NCBI RefSeq assembly: GCF_001194135.2
Contig: NC_068982.1
Span: forward strand, 172,897,078-172,938,087
Length of the DNA stretch: 41,010 nt
Origin: Octopus bimaculoides
Taxonomy: Eukaryota
Reading direction: 5' to 3'
Positions 23,728-35,170 of this stretch are shown here, in pieces. Within the stretch, counting starts at the first letter, position 1. Every line of letters starts with the position of its first letter. The position numbers and the translations under genes were made by a program. The notes under the pieces are model-generated. The model was given only the letters and a program-made list of their open reading frames with translations, had not been told where the DNA came from and made no database searches.

Positions 23728-24622
23728 CTTTAAAGAAGGAAAGAGAGAAAAAAAAGCCTTTAGAACATGTTCTGGTTTTACTTTTATTTTCTTTCTTTAT
23801 TTTGCCACTTTTTTTGGTTGGGTGGGGTTCAGCTAAGGTGGTGCTGGTGGGCAGTAAAAAGAGCAGAGGTACTGGTCTTTGAAATGAGGTGAAAATTTCC
23901 CTGTCTAGTGTAGTTCTTTCATTACTAACTCAGATAGATGCAAATGGTAGCAAAAGATTTTCTTTAATAACTTCCAAATCTTGCTTTCTAGAATTTTACA
24001 ACAGTAGGCCACTAAAATTGTTTTCTTGTTGAATTCTTTATTTAGCATGTTCCTTTTCCAAGTTTTTATCATCTGTGTGCAGAAATCTGTTACGATGTGC
24101 AACTTTTCCCCAGTGATTACAGTACTAAATATATGATGGCTGAATTCTTCAGAAATACAAGTAGACCTGAAAGAATTCAGTCTAATTTGGGCGTTTATCT
24201 TAGAGCTTTTAAATAAAATTGGTTTAGCACTGTGAAACAACAAAAAATGTGGGTGGATAGGCATGGAAATGAATGTACAGCTAATGTAGAGCCAGATTTG
24301 TCTCTTGTGTTTTCGTGATCCTGTGGGTTATGCACTTGGTTTGAATAAATGTATTTTTAGTTAGATCCTGTATTTTTTCTACACTTTAGTCCTTTAGCAT
24401 TTGGATTATTTTGTCAAGTGTAATGCTTATTTATTCAGAAAGGATCCACATATGTTGGGACTCACTGAAGGGATGACAAGGGATTGAGACTCCTGGCAGT
24501 TTGCTATGCTTGAAAGACACGCCAAGCTAAGTTAAAGTGTGGTTACCCTTGTGTCCAGGCTCATCCCTTGTAACCGTTGCAACCTTCTTCAGCTGTGCAT
24601 TCCTAATCTTGTGGGTTTGTAA

Positions 24623-24836
24623 GTGCTGGTGCCATGTAAAAAGCACCAATACAGGTGCTGCGTAAAAGCATCCAGTACACTCTGAAGAGTGGTTTGTGTG
24701 AGGAAGGGCATCCAGCCATAGAAGCCATGCCAAAACAGACATGACGCTTGAATAGCCCTTCAACTGGTCAGTTTCTGTCAAACTGTCCAACCCATACCAG
24801 CATGGAAAACAGACATTAAATGATGATGATAATGAT
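24623..24836 (+). mobile_element. Retroposon family D
   Basis: Same motifs as 38770-39012. Confidence 0.8.
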
Positions 24837-25696
24837 GTTTATTGTCTGTGCAGTTTAATTTCCTTTGTAGACCAGTCGCATTAGATATGTGCATATGCAT
24901 GCACTCGCATTAATGGGAAATGGTAATTCATTAGCTCATTGGTCACTTTCATTTATTCACTTTCATTGGTCACTTTCATTTCACTTCTGATATGTAATGT
25001 CCTTGATTAAGGGTGTCAGGATATCTTAGTCATTCAAATAATTATAATTTACTCTTTGTCACACCCACACAATAGTTTCATTGTTGTGAGACCAAGATTT
25101 TCTACTCATGAAGAATTTCAGTATTAGTCTGGAATCAGACAGTGTTGATAGCCCAGAATTAAAGTTGAATGATTCTCTGGAAATACCCTACCAGGACCTA
25201 AGATATATATATATGTGTGTGCGTGTGTATGTATACACACACAGACCTGACCTGTAGAGATATTTAAAAATTTTTTTTTGCTTTTGTTCTTATCTTATTT
25301 TGGTTGAAAAGAATGAACTAAAATGCTAAATATAGTCCAAGACATGGTTAAAATTCCCCATTTAGAACTCATTTGTATCCTTTCACTTCAAGAGTTGTAG
25401 CAAACACATAATTTCTAAACCCCCCCCCCCCCNNNNNNNNNNCACACACATGCTCTAAATTCTTTTCTTGTGGCCTTGAATTGCAAATCCCAAAAGTTAA
25501 TCTTAATTATTTTATCTGGGTTGTTTGCAATGATGTGATGACTCTGCACTATGAGTGAAATGTTCAAGTGTCAGAGAGAGGGATTGGATTAAGAGATCAA
25601 AGGATTTTGAGTTTAAATCTACTGCAAGTGTTTCGCAAGTGTATTTGGGCAGTGGAGAACACTTAATTCTATACATCTTAGGTCACCTAGCTGCAG

Positions 25697-25955
25697 GTGG
25701 AGGTGCATGTGGCTTAGTGGTTAAGGCATTGGACTCATGATCGTAAGATTGTGGTTTCGATTCCTGGACCGGGAAATGTGTTGTGTTCTTTAATCAAAGC
25801 ACTTCATTTTATGTTACTCCAGTCTACTAAGCTGGTAAAAATTAGTAACCTTGTGACCTACTGGCGTCTCATCTAGGAAGTGGGGATATGTATGCCATGG
25901 ATATCAGGGACACAGGCCCTTATGAGTCAGTATGACTCGAGAAGGTAACTTAACA
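25697..25955 (+). mobile_element. tRNA-derived SINE family C
   Basis: A-box TGGCTTAGTGG (25710-20) and B-box GGTTTCGATTCC (25753-64) followed by a non-tRNA body. Confidence 0.8.
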
Positions 25956-26199
25956 CTTTTTTTTTTTTTTTGCCTAGTTCTGTTTAGTTGGTATTTGGGG
26001 ACAAAGCATCATGGCACCCTGTTGACATTCTATCATACTGTTGGTTGCAATTATAGTTAAGAGTACCTGCTTGATCAGAGGACTGCGACAGGTTTTTTTT
26101 TTTCTTTTCTATTTTCACCACCCACAAGTGGTCAGGTACTAAAGCAAGCATGATACAGTATTGCGGTAAGATCATTCCTCTTCTCAAAATGGCTCCCGG

Positions 26200-26423
26200 G
26201 TCCTTCCTGAGATGTAAACTTATAAGGCCACTTATCCATATTCTTGGGCATATATATTTTTCCGCTGGTTGGGACACTTGTCTGTTGCCAGCTGAGTGGA
26301 CTTGAGCAACACAAAATGAAGTGTTTTGCTCAAGAACACAATGCATTGCTTTGTCCAAGAATTGAAACCACAATCTTATGAGGATGAGTGCAACACCTTA
26401 ACCACTAAACCACGTGCCTCCAC
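26200..26423 (-). mobile_element. SINE family C, inverted relative to 25697
   Basis: Reverse complement gtggaggcacgtggtttagtggttaagg...aagattgtggtttcaattc... aligns with 25697-25835. Confidence 0.8.
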
Positions 26424-27262
26424 AGTCACCACTGTAGTATATCTTACATATCTTTGAAATTTGTTATAATACTAAAAATAGTGTGGGCCAGCTGGATTAC
26501 TGTAATCTCATTTGTTCTGGTTTCATTTACAGTATATTTCAATCACTGAAGGTGTAAAGATTGATGTGTTTTTTTTTTTTGTGATCATCATCATCATTGC
26601 CATTGGACAGGACTGCTCTACATGTTGCTGTCCGTCATTAAACGATCTGACCTTACAACAGTCCACTGTATCCTTCTCAACTCATTTTTGCGCTCAACAC
26701 TCCTCCTCCACCTATGTCTTTGTACATCCACACCAACACACACTGGCTATTGCTTTTAATGCTCAATCACTCTTATTGGTTTTATTGTGCTCCACTTTTC
26801 ATACACGTTAACATTACATATCCACCCGTCTCATGTCTCTTTCCTATGCCACATAATTCTTCTTATAAGTCTTAATGTTTGGCTTATATTTCTATACACA
26901 TATTTTTCTTCCACCTTCGCTAAGGCAGGTTTGTTTGTTCGTCCGTGGACAAGATATCTCAAGAACCGCTGGATGAATTTCAATGAAACTTTCAGGGATG
27001 TTTGACCTCATGACTGATTAGATTTTGGGATTGATCTGGTACTGGACAAGGATTCTGGATTATTTCCCCCCCCCCTTTTTTTTTTTACTTAATTTTTGAG
27101 AGCAGTCAGGTTCATTCTTAGTATTCTCGTTTGTGAGAGCAGTCGAGTTTATTTCAGATATTCTCATTTTAAAAATCATCTCTGGCTTCTTGTTGAGAGG
27201 ACATTGCTATTGCAGAAGTTTGCGCTCTCTGAGTGCTCTTATTATTATGATTATTATTATTA

Positions 27263-27457
27263 AGCTGGCAGAATCGTTAGTACACCAGGCAAAATGCTTA
27301 GCAGCTTCTTTGTCTTTAGTTTTTGAGTTCAAATTCTACCGAGATTGACTTCAAGGTTGATAAAATAAGAACCAGTTGGGTACTTGTGTCAATGTATTCA
27401 ACTTAGCCCCTCCCTTGAAGTTGCCGGCCTTGTGCCAAAATATGAAACCTTCATTAT
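27263..27457 (+). mobile_element. SINE family B
   Basis: agctggcagaatcgttag...gagttcaaattc...ggccttgtgccaaaatatgaa. Confidence 0.8.
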
Positions 27458-27469
27458 TTCTATTTTTAA

Positions 27470-27967
27470 CACTTTCGTTAAGGTATTTCTATTGGCATAA
27501 GCTGCTTTCATTTCTTTTAGGTTTTAAAATAATGAAGACTTGAGTAAAATGACTTTCTCGATATTAATCTGGTGCCTGGAACAAATTAACACAAAATTTA
27601 GACAAGGTTATCATCTAAATCAGGGGTTTTCAAACTTTTTGACTTACGGACCCCTTTATATTTCAGGCTTTACGTTAGGGACCCCCTTATAAACGCTTAT
27701 GAAATTTATACATAAATATTTGCTTAAAATAACATATATTTTTACATTTATTTATTTAACAGTATTTAACAAATAGGTTTATTGTCAATTAAAAGATTTC
27801 GATTAAAAACCACTTATAAAATCAAATTGCCCATAAAAAGTATTTGCTGACCCCCTGTCTTGTCCTTGCGAACCACAGTTTGAAAACCCCTGATCTAAAT
27901 CACTTTAAAACTATAAATTTGTGTCAGGGAACCAAGATTGGCCTCAGACAAGTCAGTACCAAAAGGG
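27470..27967. mobile_element. piggyBac-like MITE (TTAA-flanked), interrupted by the hAT MITE
   Basis: ttaa|cactttcg ... aaaaggg|ttaa ends; internal similarity to 20200-20384 and to the reverse complement of 29038-29259. Confidence 0.7.
27621..27892. mobile_element. hAT (Charlie-like) non-autonomous MITE, 272 bp
   Basis: Perfect 16-bp TIRs CAGGGGTTTTCAAACT (27621-36) / AGTTTGAAAACCCCTG (27877-92), and a perfect 8-bp TSD ATCTAAAT at 27613-20 and 27893-900. Confidence 0.92.
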
Positions 27968-28040
27968 TTAAAGTATTCCCCATGCAGTTCTGTTAATTTC
28001 TTTTCTAAAGAATGACTTTCTTTTTTTTTCTTCACTTCAG

Positions 28041-28095
28041 GATTCTCTTCTATTTCATGGAGACTTGTTCTATTTTACAAAATCTTTGATTATTG
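28041..28095 (+). CDS. Candidate 55-nt exon (phase 1-2, FSSISWRLVLFYKIFDY)
   Basis: Strong acceptor ctttctttttttttcttcacttcag| at 28040 but weak donor ttg|gtactg at 28096. Phase is compatible with 35718. Confidence 0.2.
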
Positions 28096-28679
28096 GTACT
28101 GACCAGCTAAGTGTTCAGACATCATAGGAAAAAACATCTTTCATTCTAAGGGGCATAGTTGAAATTGCTTTTGTAAATTTTGATTCTTGTTTTTTTCATA
28201 AAAAAACATTATTTTTTTGTTTGTTTGTTTGTTTGTTTGTTGGCTATGCATGTGTGTTGGGTGAGGTCTCAAAAAATGTTAGCTTGACAGTTTTGGTGGG
28301 TTTTATTATTTATTTATGGTGTGTGCGTTTGTGTGTGTGTGTGTGTGTTGTTTTTCTTTATTAATCCTCACATCTTCAATCTGCTTTTCTTCAATGTTTA
28401 CCTAAAACCATGCAGACCTCTGATGTTTCCTCCACCTCTCCTATCATCTCCTGTGTAACAAAAATAATATTTAAAGAATTTAGTGAATGTTTTATTAAGT
28501 TTTAGAAATGTACTGTCATGGGTGTGTCAAGGTTGGGTAAGGATTCAGTTGGGTGCAGTCCTATACACACATATTACTGTGCACTGTGTGTATATATTAG
28601 ACTTGCGTGTATCTGTATGCATGCTTGTTTTACTATGTATCGCAGAAGTTTTAAGTTTACTAGTATGAAGCATGTTCCA

Positions 28680-28900
28680 CCCTTTAGCATTCAAATTATT
28701 CTCTCAAATGTAAAGCTTATTTATTCACATTGTTTTGAAGTAATTATGTATTATCTTGTAACTTTGAGATTTTCAAAGATGTGAATGTTTATTTTACACG
28801 TAACATTGTAGGGTAGGTGAGAAATCCTGGACCTAGCCAGTTAGGACATAAAACAGGTAGAATATTTCGGTCAAATATGGCCAGTTTAAATGCTAAAGAG
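28680..28900 (-). mobile_element. piggyBac-like MITE of a second family (CCCTTTAGCATT ends), full length
   Basis: ccctttagcatt ... aatgctaaagag|ttaa; reverse complement of the copies at 18121 and 22139. Confidence 0.7.
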
Positions 28901-29037
28901 TTAAACTGATCATATTCAGCTTCTGACACCAATCCTATAATGTCTTCTAAAAATAAAGAAATTAGATTATACATAATTAATTCTAAACAATGTGAATAAA
29001 TAAGCATTACATTTGACAGAGTAATCTAAATTCTTAA

Positions 29038-29259
29038 CCCTTTCAGTAACAACCCAGCTGAAACCAGCTCTGGCTCTGTAATACAAATGTATTGTTTTCG
29101 TAAGTTTTGAATTAAAATCTTCCACCAAACCTTAGTTACAATTTATGTTCCTAACATCAGCTTAATGATAACTGAGTTATTTTACTAAATTCTTTGTTAT
29201 ATTTAAAATTAATCGAAAGGAACACACAGCATCTCAACATAAATACAGTAACAAAAGGA
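29038..29259. mobile_element. piggyBac-like MITE, near full length
   Basis: ttaa|ccctttcagtaac ... gtaacaaaagga|ttaa terminal inverted ends with TTAA on both sides. Confidence 0.7.
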
Positions 29260-30136
29260 TTAAGGGTTAAATGCTGGGGATTATTGCTAAGTCATCCTGC
29301 ATATAGTTGCAACAGATTCTGTCATACAGTCCTTGCTGGATGGATAATTGTTCAGAGTAGACAGTGTTTGTACATTATAGAAAAATTGTGCCATAATGGC
29401 TTCATTTAAGGGTATGCGATTGAGCAATGGATGCAGTGTAACAATCACTGCTACTATTGACTGCTTAGTTTCACACAGTGACATTTGGTTCAGATATTTG
29501 TTTCACAGTCATGTGATTCTGGGTTGAATTCCACCTTACAGAATCTTTGGTCAATAGCTTCTGTTATTGCAATCTATTCTGGTCAAGCCAATCTGATCTT
29601 TGACAAGGAAATTTGGTGGACAGAAACAGCAAGATCCCATAAGAGCACTATGTAGATAATTCAAAAGGGCCAGGTTTGTCATGCCACACAGCATTATGAT
29701 AATTCTACCTGATGTGGTTTCTGTTGGCAAAAAAAGAGTTTAATAATGTTACTGGATTTCAGTTTTTGTAATAAGAAAATTCTAGCATTTCTCGTAGGCC
29801 ATTCTTTGAAGAATGTATACAAGTTGCCAGCTCTAATCAGGGCTGAACATGACACAAGCTGTCAACTCACCACTGCAATATTAGATATTTTGAAAGTCCT
29901 CTTTCTCATTTGAAATCGTGGAATTTATTGAAAAAAAAAAAAAAAAAAAACGACTGAATCAACAATGCCAATGATATGTGCACACAAAAGGTAGATTTTA
30001 TATTTGTTCTGTACCAGTGTGATAGTAATTTATTTGGCTGCTTGTGGTCAAAGGTACTGATGAATGGGTTATCAGCGATTGTCTCTTGATTTTAGAGACT
30101 TAAGAAACAACAACAACAATAATGATTATAATTATA

Positions 30137-30185
<49 letters not shown>
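30137..30185. repeat. (ATT)n microsatellite
   Basis: Directly visible. Confidence 0.95.
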
Positions 30186-30186
<1 letters not shown>

Positions 30187-31279
30187 GTTGATGTTTATAA
30201 TTGTTAGGACTTATTACCTTTGGTGTTAATTTTGAGAATAATCGGGTTACGTTATTCATGTCACTGTCTTCTTGGTATTCCCCACCACTGCAATCATAAC
30301 TAACCGTCATCAATCATCTTCATCATGAGCAATTTTTTTTTTTTTGTTATATATTTTATTAATGTCGATGACAGTCTGGTTCCTTTCCAACCCCATAAAG
30401 CATTAGGAAATACCCTAAATTTAATATACACCTAGTGTAGCAACTCTCCATCCCAGTATAACAATAGTCCTCATACAAGAAGAAAACTGATAAAAATACA
30501 AACACCATACATGGGAAAAGAACCCTCTTTAATTGCTTGGACTTTTAAAAACAGCAGTCACATCTCCTTCAAATCACACCTGCCATGTTAAAAAGAGGAA
30601 AGGATGCATTAAAAAATGTAGTTCTAGGTGTACATAATATGAATCATAGTTAGGATGGTCATGATTGGAATGTCTTTTATCATATGTCTTCTCGGTTGGG
30701 GCTGACTTGAGGTTAAACAACAACTTATCCTTCTTGTTCATCTTTTACTAAAAAAGACGACTTTCTCTTAGAGTCTGATGTCATCTTTTTAAAAACCATC
30801 AGCAGTGGACACAGCTGCATGGGTGACCAGGTAATCATGTCTACTTCTGCTTATTACTACACTTTAGCTGCGTCCTCATGGAGCCAGGAGACTATGAAGT
30901 CATGGTATTTCATTGCTACAAATACACGTGGTACCCCAACATCCATTACGAAGAAATTCAAATCTTGATATGCCCTGGACTATTAGACTCATGCTCTCAT
31001 TCTTGGCTTTTTCTGACCAGTGACAAAAAGATTGAGATAACTGCTAGTACACTCGGAAATGCAGTAGGATGACCAAGGTGTTCTATGTGAGTCATTGTGT
31101 TCTGGAATATATAGTCTACTGTGAGATTGGTGGTTATTGTGTATCTGCCCACTGAAACTTGACCACTAATGCTTAGGTTTAATCTTGGCAGTTTACTGAA
31201 AATTCAGTCTTTGTACGTATGAGGAGACAAGCCAAGAATTTCATTGGGAATTTAAAACTTGCTGCTGTCTTCCACCTGG

Positions 31280-31600
31280 TTTAGCCAGCTTGACAATGTC
31301 ATTGCCTTGGAGATAAGCACTCTACTGCATGCAGGTAATTTGTGAAGCTGCAGGTGAGAACTGGGTGACCGGTGGAAGCCAGTGGCAGACAAGCTGTCCC
31401 CTCTTCATTCTACCTTTCTGCATCATAGTGCAGTATTGATTCAGTGACTCATCAAACCAACAAGCACTGAAGATTTTTGTTTTTATTTCTTCTGAATAAT
31501 TTAACTCGATGTCACTGATTCGATATGAAAACCTACCTCGAACGAATATTTCATTCTGCAATGTTCATACCTTTCTCTGAAGCTTTGAAAAGGTTTAGGT
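31280..31600 (-). mobile_element. Possible decayed hAT-like DNA transposase fragment
   Basis: ORF 31322..31561 contains FSYRISDIELNYSEEIKTKIFSACWFDESLNQ (FDESLNQ at 31436-56), resembling the first catalytic-Asp motif FDESLN of invertebrate hAT-related transposases. No TIRs seen. Confidence 0.4.
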
Positions 31601-31681
31601 GAAATAGTAACAATAAAGAAGCAAACTAGACTCTCTTATATTGCTGCAATCATAAACATATGTCATTTAAGCAGCAACATT

Positions 31682-32170
31682 GTTTTAAGGTTCATTTTTC
31701 CCATGCTGGTATATGAGGTGAACAGCTTTGTTCATCTTGCATTTTACCAATCTACATTGACCCCCATCCCCCCATCTTTTCTCTTCCCTCCCCCCTTGTT
31801 AAACCCAATATTCTCAGATCTCTTGCTCTTTCACCACCTCTTCTTCTAGCTCTCCCTTCATCGTCCCCAGCAATGATCACATCAGCATTTCTTTAATCCA
31901 GCACGTGTCCTCCATTTACCATCACATGTCCAAACCAGCACAGCTGACTCTCCTGCACACATCAGCAGTGGGATGATCTCTTCAGTGCTTAACAAACAGC
32001 AGCAGGTTTCTCAGCTTACCTGCATTTCATTGTTCATACAAATTTATGCTGCACATGCAGCAAATTATACTTGACTCATTTCTCTCTTGCATCTTCAGTT
32101 TCTGCAGCCGATGCTTTATACCTTACTAACTTGCAGCTTTACATTCCCTATGCATGCTTCACTCGTCTGG
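31682..32170 (-). mobile_element. RTE-clade LINE 3' remnant (decayed reverse transcriptase C-terminus plus tail)
   Basis: Minus-strand translation RNESSIICCMC...KLRNL, then VQESQLCWFGHVM (about 31918-31960), matches the RTE motif RLRWFGHV. It contains stops and frameshifts. Confidence 0.75.
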
Positions 32171-32320
32171 ATGCCCAAAAGTATATTGCTTTAAACATAG
32201 GCTATTCCTTGGGGTTACAGAAGCTGGTACTGGACTTTGTTACATAATCATTAAGTGGATAAAAGAGAGTGAGAGAGAGAGAGTTATTGTTTCACTGGAT
32301 AGGTTGCCAATCTATTGCAG

Positions 32321-32337
32321 GTTAACATTTTCAGAAG
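32321..32337 (+). CDS. Candidate 17-nt microexon (phase 0-2, VNIFR)
   Basis: ctattgcag|gttaacattttcagaag|gtgagt: strong donor, weak pyrimidine tract. It would bridge 8276-8383 to 35718-35801 in frame. Confidence 0.2.
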
Positions 32338-32828
32338 GTGAGTTCTGCATATTTTCTCCTCTGCAGGTAGGTGTACAGATTCTACAGTAAAAGCAATAAT
32401 CCCAGATTTTATTCCTATTCTCAGTTATTTTCACAAAGTAGATGTACAAAATCTGTGGTGATGAGTAAAGGTGACCTGGATCTCTATCTCGCACATACAC
32501 ACACACACAAAACCATTATGGATTTAGGTCCTATTGCTTTGAATTGGGGAATGATAAAATCTCATCGAAAATGGGATGGCTATTTACTAATGATAACAGA
32601 AAATGCTCAGAAAATCTACCCCAGCCCTCTCACCGTGTTTACCGCAGTTAGGTATTCAGATACTGTAATGTCCAGCTAGAACATTTTAAAACTATTAACC
32701 TCCTTCTTTTGTGAGTGTGAAAGATATATGCAGGATGATCTAATCTCCATTTATTATCAAGGGCTTTGTATGTTTGCCCTGAAGGTGGATTTGCACTTAC
32801 TCACTGTACCGATGCAATGGACTATTAT

Positions 32829-33028
32829 TCTTTTATCTTTTTACTTGTTTCAGTCATTTGATATATGACGGGCTTCTTTCAGTTTCCGTCTACCAAATCC
32901 ACTGACAAGGCTTTGGTCAGCCCGAGGCTATAGCAGAAGACACTTGCCCAAGGTGCCACACAATGGGACTGAACCTGGTATCATGTGGTTGGGAAACAAG
33001 CTAATTACCACACAGCCACACCTACGCT
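32829..33028 (-). mobile_element. SINE family A with an internal deletion
   Basis: Tail ttttacttgtttcagtcatttga is joined at about 32861 directly to tatatgacgggcttctttcagtttccgtc; the head is intact to 33028. Confidence 0.85.
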
Positions 33029-35067
33029 TATTAGTACAAATATACATAATTTTTAAGGGATATATAAACTTATTTGCATCAGTGGTTGCCCTTGTGGACT
33101 GAGTTTGGCACAAGGTTTGTTCTGACAGAACAGCATATTGTCATTTAGCAACCTATATAGAAATATGTGTGAAATCAAAAACAAAAAAAATATTCACAAA
33201 TTTGTGTGTGTAACTCTGGGTACAGGCATAGCCAAATGGTCAAGCAAATAACTTCATGTTCAAGAGGTACAAGGTTTGATTCCTCAGCATGACACATTAG
33301 GCAAGTATCTTCTTCTGTATAGCTTCGGTTCGATCAAGTTTTGTGAGGGAAAACAGATAAAAGAGGAACATTATGGAAACCCATCCGATGGACAGAGCCT
33401 ATAACAGGAAAGACTCACCTTGTTACTCACTGTCATGTTTCTTTCTGAGGATTGAAGAATAGAAACGTCTTTTAAATACTTAGTCACTTTTACAGTAATA
33501 TATTGAGAAGAAAGTTCAATTGATAAATCGCCATCATCAGAAACAACAAGGGATTTATTAACACACGCGCACACACACACACACACACACACACGCACGC
33601 ACGCTGATGTGTATGTATGTGCATATAACTTTTTATGCGAACAGGTATCAGAATCTGTAGTGATTTGTACAAACTATTTTGTGGCATTTGGTTACATCCC
33701 TTTATATATGTCATATGTATGATAAACATGATTATGTATCCAGATATATAATCCTGTTTGTTTTACATATGAAGTGTGTGTGTGTGTGTGTGTTGCTGGA
33801 GTACAGTGACACCTGCATATACCCTCCCTTCCTGACATCATCATATGACAAGGTTCTGTGTGCTTTAGAGAAGAGCAATCAATATATCTCATTGAAAGGT
33901 CAGCACCATGCTGTTAATAGAGGTGAGCTTCACTGTTGTACTAAATCTTTGACCCACTTTCAGTTCCCACTTGAAGATTCTCTCCAGTTATATCAATTCA
34001 TTTTCTTTTTTTCTTTTTGTCAATAGAACTTCACTCCACAGACATCTCATTAACACTCTCACTTTGGTTATGTCTCTATAAAAGGCGCTTGACTTCCCAT
34101 CATGTCAGCAACCACCCATCTGTATTTTTCTAACAGTTAAATACAAGATGTGATTTGCCCTTCCTTCAGTTAATTATAGGGGGAAAAAAAAAAAAAAAAA
34201 CCTGGTTGTGAACCAGGCAGATTGTTATACTCCGTTAATTCTGATTAATGTAATACACACACATATACTAATGTATGCTTTTTCCAAACATGTAAATGCT
34301 TAAATCAAAATATTTTCTAGCATCTGTATGTGTGCATGAATGCATACACGCACACACACACACACTATTCCAATACAGCTTATAAGGTGCTAATCCATTT
34401 CAATTTAACCTTTTGTTTTTTTAACACCACACTTTAGAATGTTTACATGTTTTTTTACTCTCTGTTAGAGCCAAGCATCCCTAGTGACCCAAGTCCAACT
34501 TTGTCTTAGCTATTTCATTCAATCACCCAATATCTAATATTTACTTCTGAGCACAGCAAGCATGAATTCTTGTATAAAACTCAGTGTCTGAAGTCAATTT
34601 GCACCAATCACCAGGGACACATCTGCTCACAACTGGTCAAAACACTTGACTCTGGTAAGAAAAAAAAGAAGAGGACATCATAGCTGACGATAAAAAAAAA
34701 ATAGTAATGAATGTAATAGATGGTACCAAATCTTCTGGAAAACTTCTTTCTATCATGTTTTCTTATTTTTTTTAGAGTAAATCTTTGTCTGGAACTTCAT
34801 TTGCCACACAAATTTACTTCTTGATTTTTTTGCACATTTGATAAACATCTATGCCATATATTCGTCAAAGAGAAACTCATTGATTTGTGGGAGAGAGCTT
34901 AGCAGTCTCGGGAGGCGATTGTGTATCAATTTGCCAGTTTGTGTTGGCACAGAGAGAACTATAAAACAATAATGTTAAGCGAGAAATAATGTGTGTTGAG
35001 AAGACAAAGACTAGATCAATCAATGACTTATACTATCTCTGATATAAGCACATGACCAGCAGTTTTG

Positions 35068-35170
35068 AGGAAAATAGGTAGTTGATTACATTGACTCTAG
35101 TATTTGAGTGGTACTTTATTAATCCCCAAAAGGATTAAAGGCAAAGTTGATCTCACAGAGATTTGAGGTT
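35068..35170 (-). mobile_element. SINE family B fragment
   Basis: gtggtactttattaatccccaaaaggattaaaggcaaagttga. Confidence 0.55.

Noticed and set aside
25697-25775. tRNA gene
   Set aside because: It has A and B boxes but no closable acceptor or anticodon stems, and it continues into a repeat body with a second copy nearby, so it is a SINE head.
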